From contig PCWJ01000024.1 in assembly GCA_002787295.1 (NCBI GenBank), positions 29,931-63,554 on the forward strand: a stretch of DNA of 33,624 bases, in the 5' to 3' direction. A model generated the notes under the pieces. The model was given only the letters and a program-made list of their open reading frames with translations. It did not search any database and was not told the DNA's origin. Numbering within the stretch: position 1 is the first letter of the stretch; every line of letters begins with the position of its first letter. Shown in pieces: positions 26,495 through 33,624 of this stretch. The DNA comes from Candidatus Nealsonbacteria bacterium CG11_big_fil_rev_8_21_14_0_20_37_68 (GTDB taxonomy: Bacteria > Patescibacteriota > Minisyncoccia > Minisyncoccales > GCA-002782225). The position numbers were made by a program, and so were the translations under genes.

Positions 26495-26660
26495 GCTCGG
26501 GCATCTTGCCTCAGGGAGCACGGCATCAGCCAAGTGGTAATAAAGATTTTATCTTCGGCTGTGCCTATTACTCGCCAGTCTTCAGTGACTTTTATTAAAA
26601 GTGCAATACTTTCTCTGGCGACTGGCTGCGTAATGCTCCCTTCGGCAAGAATGCCCTCGC
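26495..26660. repeat. 166-bp branched inverted-repeat element (MITE/REPIN-like or ncRNA)
   Basis: Outer stem GC-tc-GGGCAT-CTTGCC-tc-AGGGAGCA / TGCTCCCT-tc-GGCAAG-a-ATGCCC-tc-GC enclosing two inner hairpins. Confidence 0.8.
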
Positions 26661-26690
26661 TTATCTATTCCTATATTCGTATTAATTCGT

Positions 26691-26725
26691 CCTAGACCCG
26701 TTCGTCCCGAACGGGACGGACTAGG
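26691..26725. repeat. Intergenic hairpin
   Basis: CCTAG-A-CCCGTTCG-TCC-CGAACGGG-ACGGA-CTAGG flanked by AATTCGT direct repeats. Confidence 0.65.
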
Positions 26726-26741
26726 GTAATTCGTAGGGTTT

Positions 26742-27449
26742 ATGCTTTCAATCATTATTCCCACCCTAAACGAAGAGGTTTATCTTCCTCTACTGCTCAA
26801 ATCAATAAAAGAACAAAGCTTTAATGATTATGAGATTATTGTTGCTGATGGTGGCTCAGAAGATAAAACAGTAGAAATTGCTAAAGCTTACGGTTGTAAA
26901 ATTGTTTCCGGGGGTTTACCGGCCAAAGGGAGAAACGAGGGAGCTAAAGCTGCCGGAGGAGAGATATTTTTATTTATGGATGCTGACAATATTTATCTTC
27001 CTCCGAATTTTTTTGAAAAACTTTTAGAAGAATTTAATCAAAGGAATTTGAAAGTGGCTACTTTCCCAATTTATCCCGATGGAAATAGATTTGATAGGAT
27101 TGCTTACGGAGTCTATAATTGGTTTGTAAAATTAACTCAAAAATTTTTGGCTTTTGCTACCAATGCAGTTTTAGTCAGCCGAGAAATTTATGAAAAAATA
27201 GGCGGTTTTGATGAAGAAATAAAAATAGCCGAAGACCACGATTTTGCCAGACGAGCCTCAAAAGTTGGTAAATTTGGATTTATTAAAACCGAACCGGTCT
27301 TAACTTCTGCCAGAAGATTTAAACGAGACGGAAGATTTAAAACTTATTTAAAATATATTTTAGCCGGGATTTATATGATTTTTTTTGGCCCGGTAAAATC
27401 TAATATTTTCAAGTATCGTTTCAATCGCTTGAAAAACAAAGAAAATTAA
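26742..27449 (+). CDS. Family-2 glycosyltransferase
   Basis: SIIIPTLNEE, VADGGSED, RNEGA, FMDAD, GGFDE, AEDHD, TSARRF. Confidence 0.93.
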   Translation: MLSIIIPTLNEEVYLPLLLKSIKEQSFNDYEIIVADGGSEDKTVEIAKAYGCKIVSGGLPAKGRNEGAKAAGGEIFLFMDADNIYLPPNFFEKLLEEFNQRNLKVATFPIYPDGNRFDRIAYGVYNWFVKLTQKFLAFATNAVLVSREIYEKIGGFDEEIKIAEDHDFARRASKVGKFGFIKTEPVLTSARRFKRDGRFKTYLKYILAGIYMIFFGPVKSNIFKYRFNRLKNKEN

Positions 27450-27457
27450 TATATAAT
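27429..27457 (+). promoter_or_regulatory. Putative sigma70 promoter of htrA
   Basis: TTGAAA-17-TATAAT, 10 nt before ATG. Confidence 0.6.
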
Positions 27458-27467
27458 TTTTTAAGCT

Positions 27468-28955
27468 ATGTCAATATACGATTTGCCAAAATTTGACCCC
27501 GTTAGAAATTTTTTTAAAAAATTCAAAAAAGTAAAACTAACGGGAATTTCTAACGGGGTTGAATTACCCAAATTAAACCCTCCTAAGTTTTTTTTCAAAA
27601 AATTTGGGAGGGTAAAAGTCCCAAAACCCAGCACCAGAGCAGGGCTCGGTGCTGGACAGTCCCGAAGTGAGCTTAGCTCTAGTTCGGGGCTCGGTTCTGG
27701 ACCTTGGGGGAATAAAGCCGTTATTATTTTTTTGATAATTTTAATTTCTTTTATTTTTGGAGGCATAGGTGGAATCTTTACCGGCAGTTATTTTTATTCC
27801 CGGGTAGAAGATTACCTTAAAAAATTAAACATCCAGATTCCCCAGGTTGAAAAAGAAACAATAATCGAAAAAGAGTACGTTCCCGAGACCTCTCAAGAAG
27901 AAAAAACAATTAATGTGGTGAAAGAGGCATCCCCTTCGGTGGTAAGTATTATTATTACTAAAGACCTTCCAGTTGTTGAGCAATTCTACTATAACCCCCT
28001 TAAGGAATTTGAAGAATTTTTTGGGCCCCTTGGCCTTGAGTTTGAAGTTCCTCAGTATCAAGAAAAAGGAACCGAGAAAAAGGAAATTGGAGGAGGAACC
28101 GGTTTTATTATTTCTGAAGACGGAATGATTTTGACCAACCGCCATGTGGTCTTAGATAAAGAAGCAGATTACACTGTTTTAACCAACGAGGGTCAAAAAT
28201 ACCCGGCTAAAGTTTTAGCTCGAGACCCAATCAAAGATTTGGCTGTAATTAAGGTTGAAAGCGAAAAGAAATTTGAGCCCTTAAAATTGGGAGATTCCGA
28301 CAAACTTCAGCCGGGCCAGACCGTGATTGCGATTGGCAATGCTCTTGGAGAATTTCGAAATACGGTTTCTGCCGGCGTAGTTTCCGGGCTAAAGAGAACC
28401 GTTGCTGCTTCCGGCGGAGGCCAAACCGAAGTTTTAGAAAATGTAATTCAGACCGATGCCGCTATTAATCTAGGGAATTCCGGCGGTCCTTTGTTAAATT
28501 TACAAGGGGAGGTGATTGGAGTTAATGTAGCTGTGGCTCAGGTAGCGGAAAATATTGGTTTTGCTATTCCCATCAATGAAGCCAAAAAAGACATTGAGCA
28601 GGTTAAAACCTTGGGCAAAATTGTCTATCCCTTTTTGGGAATTTATTACATTGTGATTACCCCCGAACTTAAAGAAAAATTTAACTTGCCGGTTGATTAC
28701 GGAGCCTGGATTGGCAGAAATGAAAAAGGAGAATACACTGAAGAAGCAATTTTTTCCAATTCGGCCGCCGAGAAAATCGGTTTAAAAAGAGATGATATTA
28801 TTCTGGAGTTTGACGGCAAAAAAATTACTTCAGAAAATCCTTTAGCTAAAATTATTCTGGGATATAACCCGGGGGACAAAATTTCGTTAAAGGTTTTAAG
28901 AGACAACAAAGAGGAAATTTTTCCGGTTATTCTTGGCGAGAGAAGCGAAGATTAA
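27468..28955 (+). CDS. htrA: HtrA/DegP-family serine protease with TM anchor and one PDZ domain
   Basis: GTGFII, TNRHVV (His), DLAVIK (Asp), QTDAAINLGNSGGPL (Ser), C-terminal PDZ. Confidence 0.95.
   Translation: MSIYDLPKFDPVRNFFKKFKKVKLTGISNGVELPKLNPPKFFFKKFGRVKVPKPSTRAGLGAGQSRSELSSSSGLGSGPWGNKAVIIFLIILISFIFGGIGGIFTGSYFYSRVEDYLKKLNIQIPQVEKETIIEKEYVPETSQEEKTINVVKEASPSVVSIIITKDLPVVEQFYYNPLKEFEEFFGPLGLEFEVPQYQEKGTEKKEIGGGTGFIISEDGMILTNRHVVLDKEADYTVLTNEGQKYPAKVLARDPIKDLAVIKVESEKKFEPLKLGDSDKLQPGQTVIAIGNALGEFRNTVSAGVVSGLKRTVAASGGGQTEVLENVIQTDAAINLGNSGGPLLNLQGEVIGVNVAVAQVAENIGFAIPINEAKKDIEQVKTLGKIVYPFLGIYYIVITPELKEKFNLPVDYGAWIGRNEKGEYTEEAIFSNSAAEKIGLKRDDIILEFDGKKITSENPLAKIILGYNPGDKISLKVLRDNKEEIFPVILGERSED
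27496..27710. repeat. Three consecutive in-frame palindromic elements in the htrA 5' region
   Basis: 15-bp IR 27496-27510/27545-27559; IR 27577-27613; double hairpin 27627-27702, 68/76 identical to 14302-14377. Confidence 0.92.
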
Positions 28956-29004
28956 AAATTTTTGAGTTGACTTTTTTGAAATTTATGACAAAATATAAAC
29001 AAAT

Positions 29005-31707
29005 ATGAATGGAGCTAATTTTACCCAAAAATCCCAAGAGGCAATATTAACTGCGCAAGACATTGCCGGACAAAAAGGGCAGCAGCAAATTGATGCCCTG
29101 CATTTGCTTTTGGCTCTAATTTCTCAGGAGGGAAGCGTGGTTTTAACCCTGCTTTTGAAGCTGGGAGTAGATATAGAAAACTTGAAAAAGAAAACCGAGT
29201 CTGCTCTCGGGAAAATTCCGGTTATTTTAAATCCCCAGAGTTTCGGCCAGTTTTATTTAACCCAGGATATGGCTAAAGTTTTGGATAGAGCCAGACAGGA
29301 AGCGCAGAAATTTGGAGACGAGTTTATTTCGGTAGAGCATTTGTTTTTAGCCCTCCTGGATACCGAGACCAGGAGTAAAGAAATTTTAAACACAGCTTCC
29401 TTTATAGAAGGCGGTGGTGCTGATTTAAAATTCGGGAAATTAAGTTACGAAAAAGCCTTAAAAATTTTAGTTCAACTCAGGGGAGGTCAAAAAATTACCG
29501 ATCCTCATCCCGAGTCAAAATATCAGGTATTAGAAAAGTATGCCAGGAATTTAACCCAGTTGGCAATTCAGGGAAAATTAGACCCGGTCATTGGCAGAGA
29601 AAACGAAATTAGGAGATTAATGCAGGTGCTTTCGCGGAGAACAAAAAATAATCCGGTGCTTATAGGAGAAGCCGGAGTGGGTAAAACGGCAATTGTTGAA
29701 GGTCTGGCTCAAAAAATCGTTAAAGGAGATGTTCCTGAATCATTGAAGGAAAAAGAAATTATTGGTTTAGATTTGGGGGCAATGGTAGCCGGAACTAAAT
29801 ATCGGGGAGAATTTGAAGACAGGGTTAAGGCTTTTTTGAAAGAAGTTAATCGGGCCGGCGGAAGATATATTTTGTTTATTGACGAACTTCATACCTTGGT
29901 GGGAGCCGGAGCTGCCGAGGGAGCAATTGATGCTTCAAATCTTTTAAAGCCTGCCTTGGCTCGGGGTGAGTTAAGGGCAATTGGAGCTACTACCTTGAGA
30001 GAATACCAGAAATATATTGAAAGAGATCCGGCTCTTGAAAGAAGGTTCCAGCCGATTTATGTCTCGGAACCCTCCATTGAAGACACCATTACCATTTTGA
30101 GGGGAATTAAAGAAAAATACGAACTCTATCACGGAGTAAAAATTAAAGACGTCGCCTTGATGGCAGCAGCCGAGCTCGGCGCTCGCTATATCACCGATAG
30201 ATTTTTGCCCGACAAAGCAGTTGATTTAATTGATGAGGCGGCTTCCGCTCTAAGATTAGAGATTGAATCTGAACCGGCCGAGTTCGACGAATTCAAAAAA
30301 GAAATTCAGAAACTGAAAATCGAAAAAGAAGCGATGATTGCCGAAAAGTCAACATCTGCAAAAAAGAGGTTAACGGCAATTAACCGAGCCTTGGCTGATC
30401 TGGGGGAAAAAGCAAAAAACATTGAGTTAAAATGGAAAACCGAAAAGGATTTAATTCAGGAAATAAGGAGCCTTAAAAAAGAAATTGATAATCTTAATTT
30501 TCAGGTTGAGGTTGCTCAAAGAGAGGCTGATTTACAAAAAATAGCCGAGATTAAATATGGTAAAATTCCCGAAATTTTAAAAAAAATTAGAAAAAAAGAA
30601 AAAGAATTAGCCAGATTTCAAAAAAAGCACCATATTTTAAAAGAGGAGATTTCGGGAGAAGATGTGGCTCAGGTGGTTTCAAAATGGACCGGAATTCCGG
30701 TTACAAGGTTGATGGAAGAAGAAGCTAAAAAATTAGAAAAAATGGAAGAAATTTTAGAAAAGCGGGTGATTGGTCAAAAAGAAGCAATTACATCTATTTC
30801 CAATGCTATTCGTCGCTCCCGGGCCGGAATTTCTGAAGAAAACAGGCCGGTTGGCTCTTTTATCTTCCTGGGTCCGACCGGTGTGGGAAAGACCGAAACC
30901 GCCCGGGCTCTTGCCCAATTCTTGTTCAACGATGAGAATGCCTTAGTCAGATTGGATATGTCAGAATATATGGAAAAATACAGCGTTTCTAAAATGATAG
31001 GTAGCCCTCCCGGCTATGTCGGCTACGAAGAAGGCGGTCAGTTGACCGAGAAAATTAGAAGAAGACCTTACGCGGTAATTTTGCTGGACGAAATAGAAAA
31101 AGCTCATCCGGAAGTATTTAATATCCTGCTCCAAATTTTAGAAGACGGTCGGCTAACCGATGCCAAGGGAAGAGTAACTTCTTTTAAAAATTCGATTTTG
31201 ATTATGACTTCCAACATTGGTTCCGAGTATATTTCCCAAATGGGTTCTCTGGGTTTTGTTGCCAGAGACGATCAAAAAAAAGAAAATTTAAAAGATAAAG
31301 TGAAAGATTCTTTAAAAGAGCATTTTCGACCTGAATTTCTAAACAGAATTGACGAAATTGTTATTTTCAATTACTTGGGAAAACCGGAAATTAAAAAAAT
31401 AGTGGAATTGGAGTTGGATAAGATTAAATCCCGACTTGAAAAGAAAAAAATCAAAATGGAAGTTACCTTACTGGCAAAAGAAATTTTCACCGAAAAAGGG
31501 TTTGACCAAAGTTTAGGAGCAAGGCCCCTAAAAAGGGTGATTCAAAAACTGATATTAGACCCGATATCTCTAAAAATTGTTTCCGGAGAGCTAAAAGAAG
31601 GAGAAAGAGTAGTAGTCGACGGCAAAAACGGTCAGATTATATTTAAAACCCCCCAGGATTTAATTAAAGCTGCTCTTCCCCAAAAAGAAGAAATTTTGGT
31701 TAAGTAA
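29005..31707 (+). CDS. clpB: ATP-dependent chaperone ClpB
   Basis: Clp N domain, [14 protein letters not shown], long coiled-coil middle domain, [32 protein letters not shown]. Confidence 0.95.
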   Translation: MNGANFTQKSQEAILTAQDIAGQKGQQQIDALHLLLALISQEGSVVLTLLLKLGVDIENLKKKTESALGKIPVILNPQSFGQFYLTQDMAKVLDRARQEAQKFGDEFISVEHLFLALLDTETRSKEILNTASFIEGGGADLKFGKLSYEKALKILVQLRGGQKITDPHPESKYQVLEKYARNLTQLAIQGKLDPVIGRENEIRRLMQVLSRRTKNNPVLIGEAGVGKTAIVEGLAQKIVKGDVPESLKEKEIIGLDLGAMVAGTKYRGEFEDRVKAFLKEVNRAGGRYILFIDELHTLVGAGAAEGAIDASNLLKPALARGELRAIGATTLREYQKYIERDPALERRFQPIYVSEPSIEDTITILRGIKEKYELYHGVKIKDVALMAAAELGARYITDRFLPDKAVDLIDEAASALRLEIESEPAEFDEFKKEIQKLKIEKEAMIAEKSTSAKKRLTAINRALADLGEKAKNIELKWKTEKDLIQEIRSLKKEIDNLNFQVEVAQREADLQKIAEIKYGKIPEILKKIRKKEKELARFQKKHHILKEEISGEDVAQVVSKWTGIPVTRLMEEEAKKLEKMEEILEKRVIGQKEAITSISNAIRRSRAGISEENRPVGSFIFLGPTGVGKTETARALAQFLFNDENALVRLDMSEYMEKYSVSKMIGSPPGYVGYEEGGQLTEKIRRRPYAVILLDEIEKAHPEVFNILLQILEDGRLTDAKGRVTSFKNSILIMTSNIGSEYISQMGSLGFVARDDQKKENLKDKVKDSLKEHFRPEFLNRIDEIVIFNYLGKPEIKKIVELELDKIKSRLEKKKIKMEVTLLAKEIFTEKGFDQSLGARPLKRVIQKLILDPISLKIVSGELKEGERVVVDGKNGQIIFKTPQDLIKAALPQKEEILVK

Positions 31708-31716
31708 GTTTTTGTC

Positions 31717-31739
31717 TTTGGCGGTATCATACCGCCAAA
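31717..31739 (+). terminator. Hairpin after clpB (possible terminator or another palindromic element)
   Basis: TTTGGCGGTAT-C-ATACCGCCAAA followed by TTT. Confidence 0.55.
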
Positions 31740-31748
31740 TTTAAATTT

Positions 31749-32480
31749 GTGTTAAAAAATGTTTTTAAAATTTTAGCAGTGTTTATTGTTGGGATGGTTG
31801 GCGGAATTTTTGCTGACCAAATTTTATGGCCCTACTTTATAGAAAGGCCTCTTTTTTATGAATATAGATTAGAGCAGACCCCGGTTAATGTTATCGAAAA
31901 AAAAGAAATTTTTATTCAAGAAAACGTTGCTCTTCAGGAAGCAGTAAAAAAAGTAGAAAAAGCAGTGGTATGGGTAAGGACCGAAACTAAAACTGGAAAA
32001 ATTTTAGAGGGTTCGGGCTTGGTAATGACTTCGGACGGTTTAATTGTCACTCTGGCTGATTTAGTTCCGGCAGGTTCCGATTTTACTTTTTTAATTGAGG
32101 GGAAGCCGATGAGTTATCAAATTTTAGCTCGAGATTTTCAAAACAATCTGGCTTTAATTAAAGTTGAGGGAGCCAACTTATCTACGGCTAGCTTTGGTAG
32201 TTTGGATAAAATCAATACTGGAGAAAGAGTATTTTTGGTGGGGACGATTTCTCAGCAAAAGCCCGGTGGAGAAAAAGAGATTATAAAAATAGTAAACGAG
32301 GGGGTAATTAAATACTTTGACCAGAATTTAATTCATACCAATATCTTTGAGAAATATACATTAGCAGGTTCTCCTCTGTTTAACATCGAAGGAAATGTTT
32401 TGGGACTAAACGAAGTAGATAAAGAAGGGAAAATTATCGCCATTCCCATTTCCATCATCCGCGAATTCATCAAACTCTAA
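31749..32480 (+). CDS. Membrane-anchored trypsin-like (HtrA-related) protein, catalytic residues apparently lost
   Basis: GSGLVMTSDGLIVT, LALIKV, GSPLFNIEGNVLG; no TNxH, no GNSGG, no PDZ. Confidence 0.75.
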   Translation: MLKNVFKILAVFIVGMVGGIFADQILWPYFIERPLFYEYRLEQTPVNVIEKKEIFIQENVALQEAVKKVEKAVVWVRTETKTGKILEGSGLVMTSDGLIVTLADLVPAGSDFTFLIEGKPMSYQILARDFQNNLALIKVEGANLSTASFGSLDKINTGERVFLVGTISQQKPGGEKEIIKIVNEGVIKYFDQNLIHTNIFEKYTLAGSPLFNIEGNVLGLNEVDKEGKIIAIPISIIREFIKL

Positions 32481-32486
32481 TTTCCC

Positions 32487-32507
32487 GCCGGGAAGTCTTC
32501 CCGGTAG
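32487..32507. repeat. REP palindrome upstream of RAYT
   Basis: CCGGGAAG-T-CTTCCCGG-TAG. Confidence 0.9.
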
Positions 32508-32644
32508 CAGTAGGCAGCATATATCTAAATCTAATATAGAAAATAATTTTTTACTTTTGGGCTTGACAGCTCTTTTTAATTCCCCAAGATAACAACTGTT
32601 GATTATTTTTTAGAAGTTAGCTAAATTGCTAATTGAGATAGTTT

Positions 32645-32681
32645 CCGGGATGGCTCCCCGGCACGTGCCGGGGAGCCATCC
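32645..32681. repeat. Degenerate inverted REP doublet upstream of RAYT
   Basis: CCGGGATGGCTCCCCGG-CACGTG-CCGGGAGCCATCCC. Confidence 0.85.
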
Positions 32682-32714
32682 CAACTCTAGAGAAGCCATC
32701 TCTGTAATAAACCT

Positions 32715-33452
32715 ATGCCAATAAAACATCCACAATTTGTTAATGGAGAAATCTATCACATTATAGTTAGGGGAATTGCCGGTCAAAAAACTTTTTTAGA
32801 CGATAAAGATCGTCTGAGATATCTTTTTAATTTGTATAAATTTAATAATAAAAATATAGTTATTCGTAATCCCTCTTACCGGGAAGCCATCCCGGTAGTC
32901 TACCGGGATGGCTTCCCGGTGCTGTTGGAGACAGAAAGGGAAAAGCCAAGAGATTTATTAATTGAACTTTTAGCCGTTTGTTTAGTGCCCAATCATATTC
33001 ATTTATTAGTTCGTCAGGCTGACGACGGCGGTGTTTCTTTATTTTTCCAAAAAATGGGCGGTTATGCCAGTTATTTTAATAAAAAATACCAAAGATTTGG
33101 TTCTTTATTTCAGCGACCATTTAAAGCTATTCATATCAAAACTAATGACCAATTATTAATTGTCACTACCTATATTCATTTAAATTTAATTGATTTAATT
33201 GAGCCAAACTGGAAAATTAAGGGTATTTCCGATCCTCAAAAGATTATGGATTTTTTAGAAACTTATCCTTGGTCAAGCTATCCTTATTATTTGGGAAAAT
33301 CAAATCTTTCTTGGCTAATTAATTCTGATTTTCTAAATAAAATTTTAAAAAGGCCCGAGGATTTTCGGAATTTTGTTAAGGCTCGGATTTTTCAGAAAAC
33401 TGAACTAAAAAATTTTTTAAAGAAGACCAAAGAAATTGAGAAGTTTTTCTGA
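32715..33452 (+). CDS. REP-associated tyrosine transposase (RAYT, Y1/HUH, IS200-like fold)
   Basis: YHIIVRG, PNHIHLLV (HUH), YFNKKY.R.GSLFQ..FK, YIHLN (catalytic Tyr), YPWSSY; flanked by related palindromes. Confidence 0.92.
   Translation: MPIKHPQFVNGEIYHIIVRGIAGQKTFLDDKDRLRYLFNLYKFNNKNIVIRNPSYREAIPVVYRDGFPVLLETEREKPRDLLIELLAVCLVPNHIHLLVRQADDGGVSLFFQKMGGYASYFNKKYQRFGSLFQRPFKAIHIKTNDQLLIVTTYIHLNLIDLIEPNWKIKGISDPQKIMDFLETYPWSSYPYYLGKSNLSWLINSDFLNKILKRPEDFRNFVKARIFQKTELKNFLKKTKEIEKFF
32878..32920. repeat. Perfect inverted REP doublet inside the RAYT ORF
   Basis: ACCGGGAAGCCATCCCGGTAG-T-CTACCGGGATGGCTTCCCGGT (21-bp arms); encodes YREAIPVVYRDGFPV. Confidence 0.95.
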
Positions 33453-33455
33453 TAG

Positions 33456-33480
33456 TCTACCGGGAAGACTTCCCGGTAGA
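33456..33480. repeat. REP palindrome downstream of RAYT
   Basis: TCTACCGGGAAG-A-CTTCCCGGTAGA, 3 nt after the stop. Confidence 0.93.
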
Positions 33481-33493
33481 ATTTGTCAACAGG

Positions 33494-33502
33494 TTATCCA
33501 CA
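33494..33502 (+). promoter_or_regulatory. Consensus DnaA box
   Basis: TTATCCACA exact match; 2-mismatch TTGTCAACA at 33483-33491. Confidence 0.4.
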
Positions 33503-33624
33503 GCTAATGTACTTTTGGACTGTTTCTATTTGAAAATTAAGTGAATTTAAGTTGATTTGACAAATTTCTTTGAACCATTAATATCAAAATTGTCTGATTT
33601 TAAACTCTTAAAACCTAAAAAAAA

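Noticed and set aside
26426..26764. Short ORFs (89 aa +, 60 aa -) across the fold-back element
   Set aside because: They overlap neighbouring genes and are explained by the structured repeat.
2060..28909. Numerous antisense or alternative-frame ORFs in the track (e.g. 3842-4132, 13378-13851, 19447-19836, 27461-27766)
   Set aside because: They lie within or largely overlap well-supported genes and show no independent motifs.
28956..29004. CIRCE/CtsR heat-shock operator before clpB
   Set aside because: No TTAGCACTC-N9-GAGTGCTAA or clear CtsR heptad repeat visible.
32715..33452. Classical IS200/IS605 insertion sequence
   Set aside because: The protein is longer than IS200 TnpA, has the RAYT-type YPWSSY tail, no tnpB follows, and it is flanked by multiple REP copies.

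Overview
Low-GC bacterial chromosomal segment. The compact housekeeping gene set and the protein style suggest Candidate Phyla Radiation/Parcubacteria (inference only). Genes: topA (runs off the left edge, missed by the ORF track), dprA, ligA, a shortened mfd, pth, lepB, hisS, HIT, bS21-like, GatB/YqeY, a small Cys-rich protein, ybeY, ftsA, a tail-less divergent ftsZ, nrdD-nrdG, comEC, lon, a glycan module (GT-B-like, EamA-like, GH clan A, processive GT2, GT2), htrA, clpB, an inactive-looking trypsin-like protein and a REP-associated tyrosine transposase (RAYT) with its own REP palindromes. The main unexplained signal is a dense population of short GC-rich palindromes from several families. 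They occur in intergenic DNA, nested inside each other, and inserted in frame inside otherwise intact conserved genes (topA, dprA, mfd, ybeY, ftsA, comEC, htrA and the RAYT itself), adding 5-25 aa peptides. Several share ssDNA-hairpin features: GAA triloops/GCGAAGC, tandem GA/GA mismatches, a conserved bulged A and one compensatory base-pair change. My inference is an HUH-transposase-linked system of coding-compatible mobile palindromes that remodels proteins.
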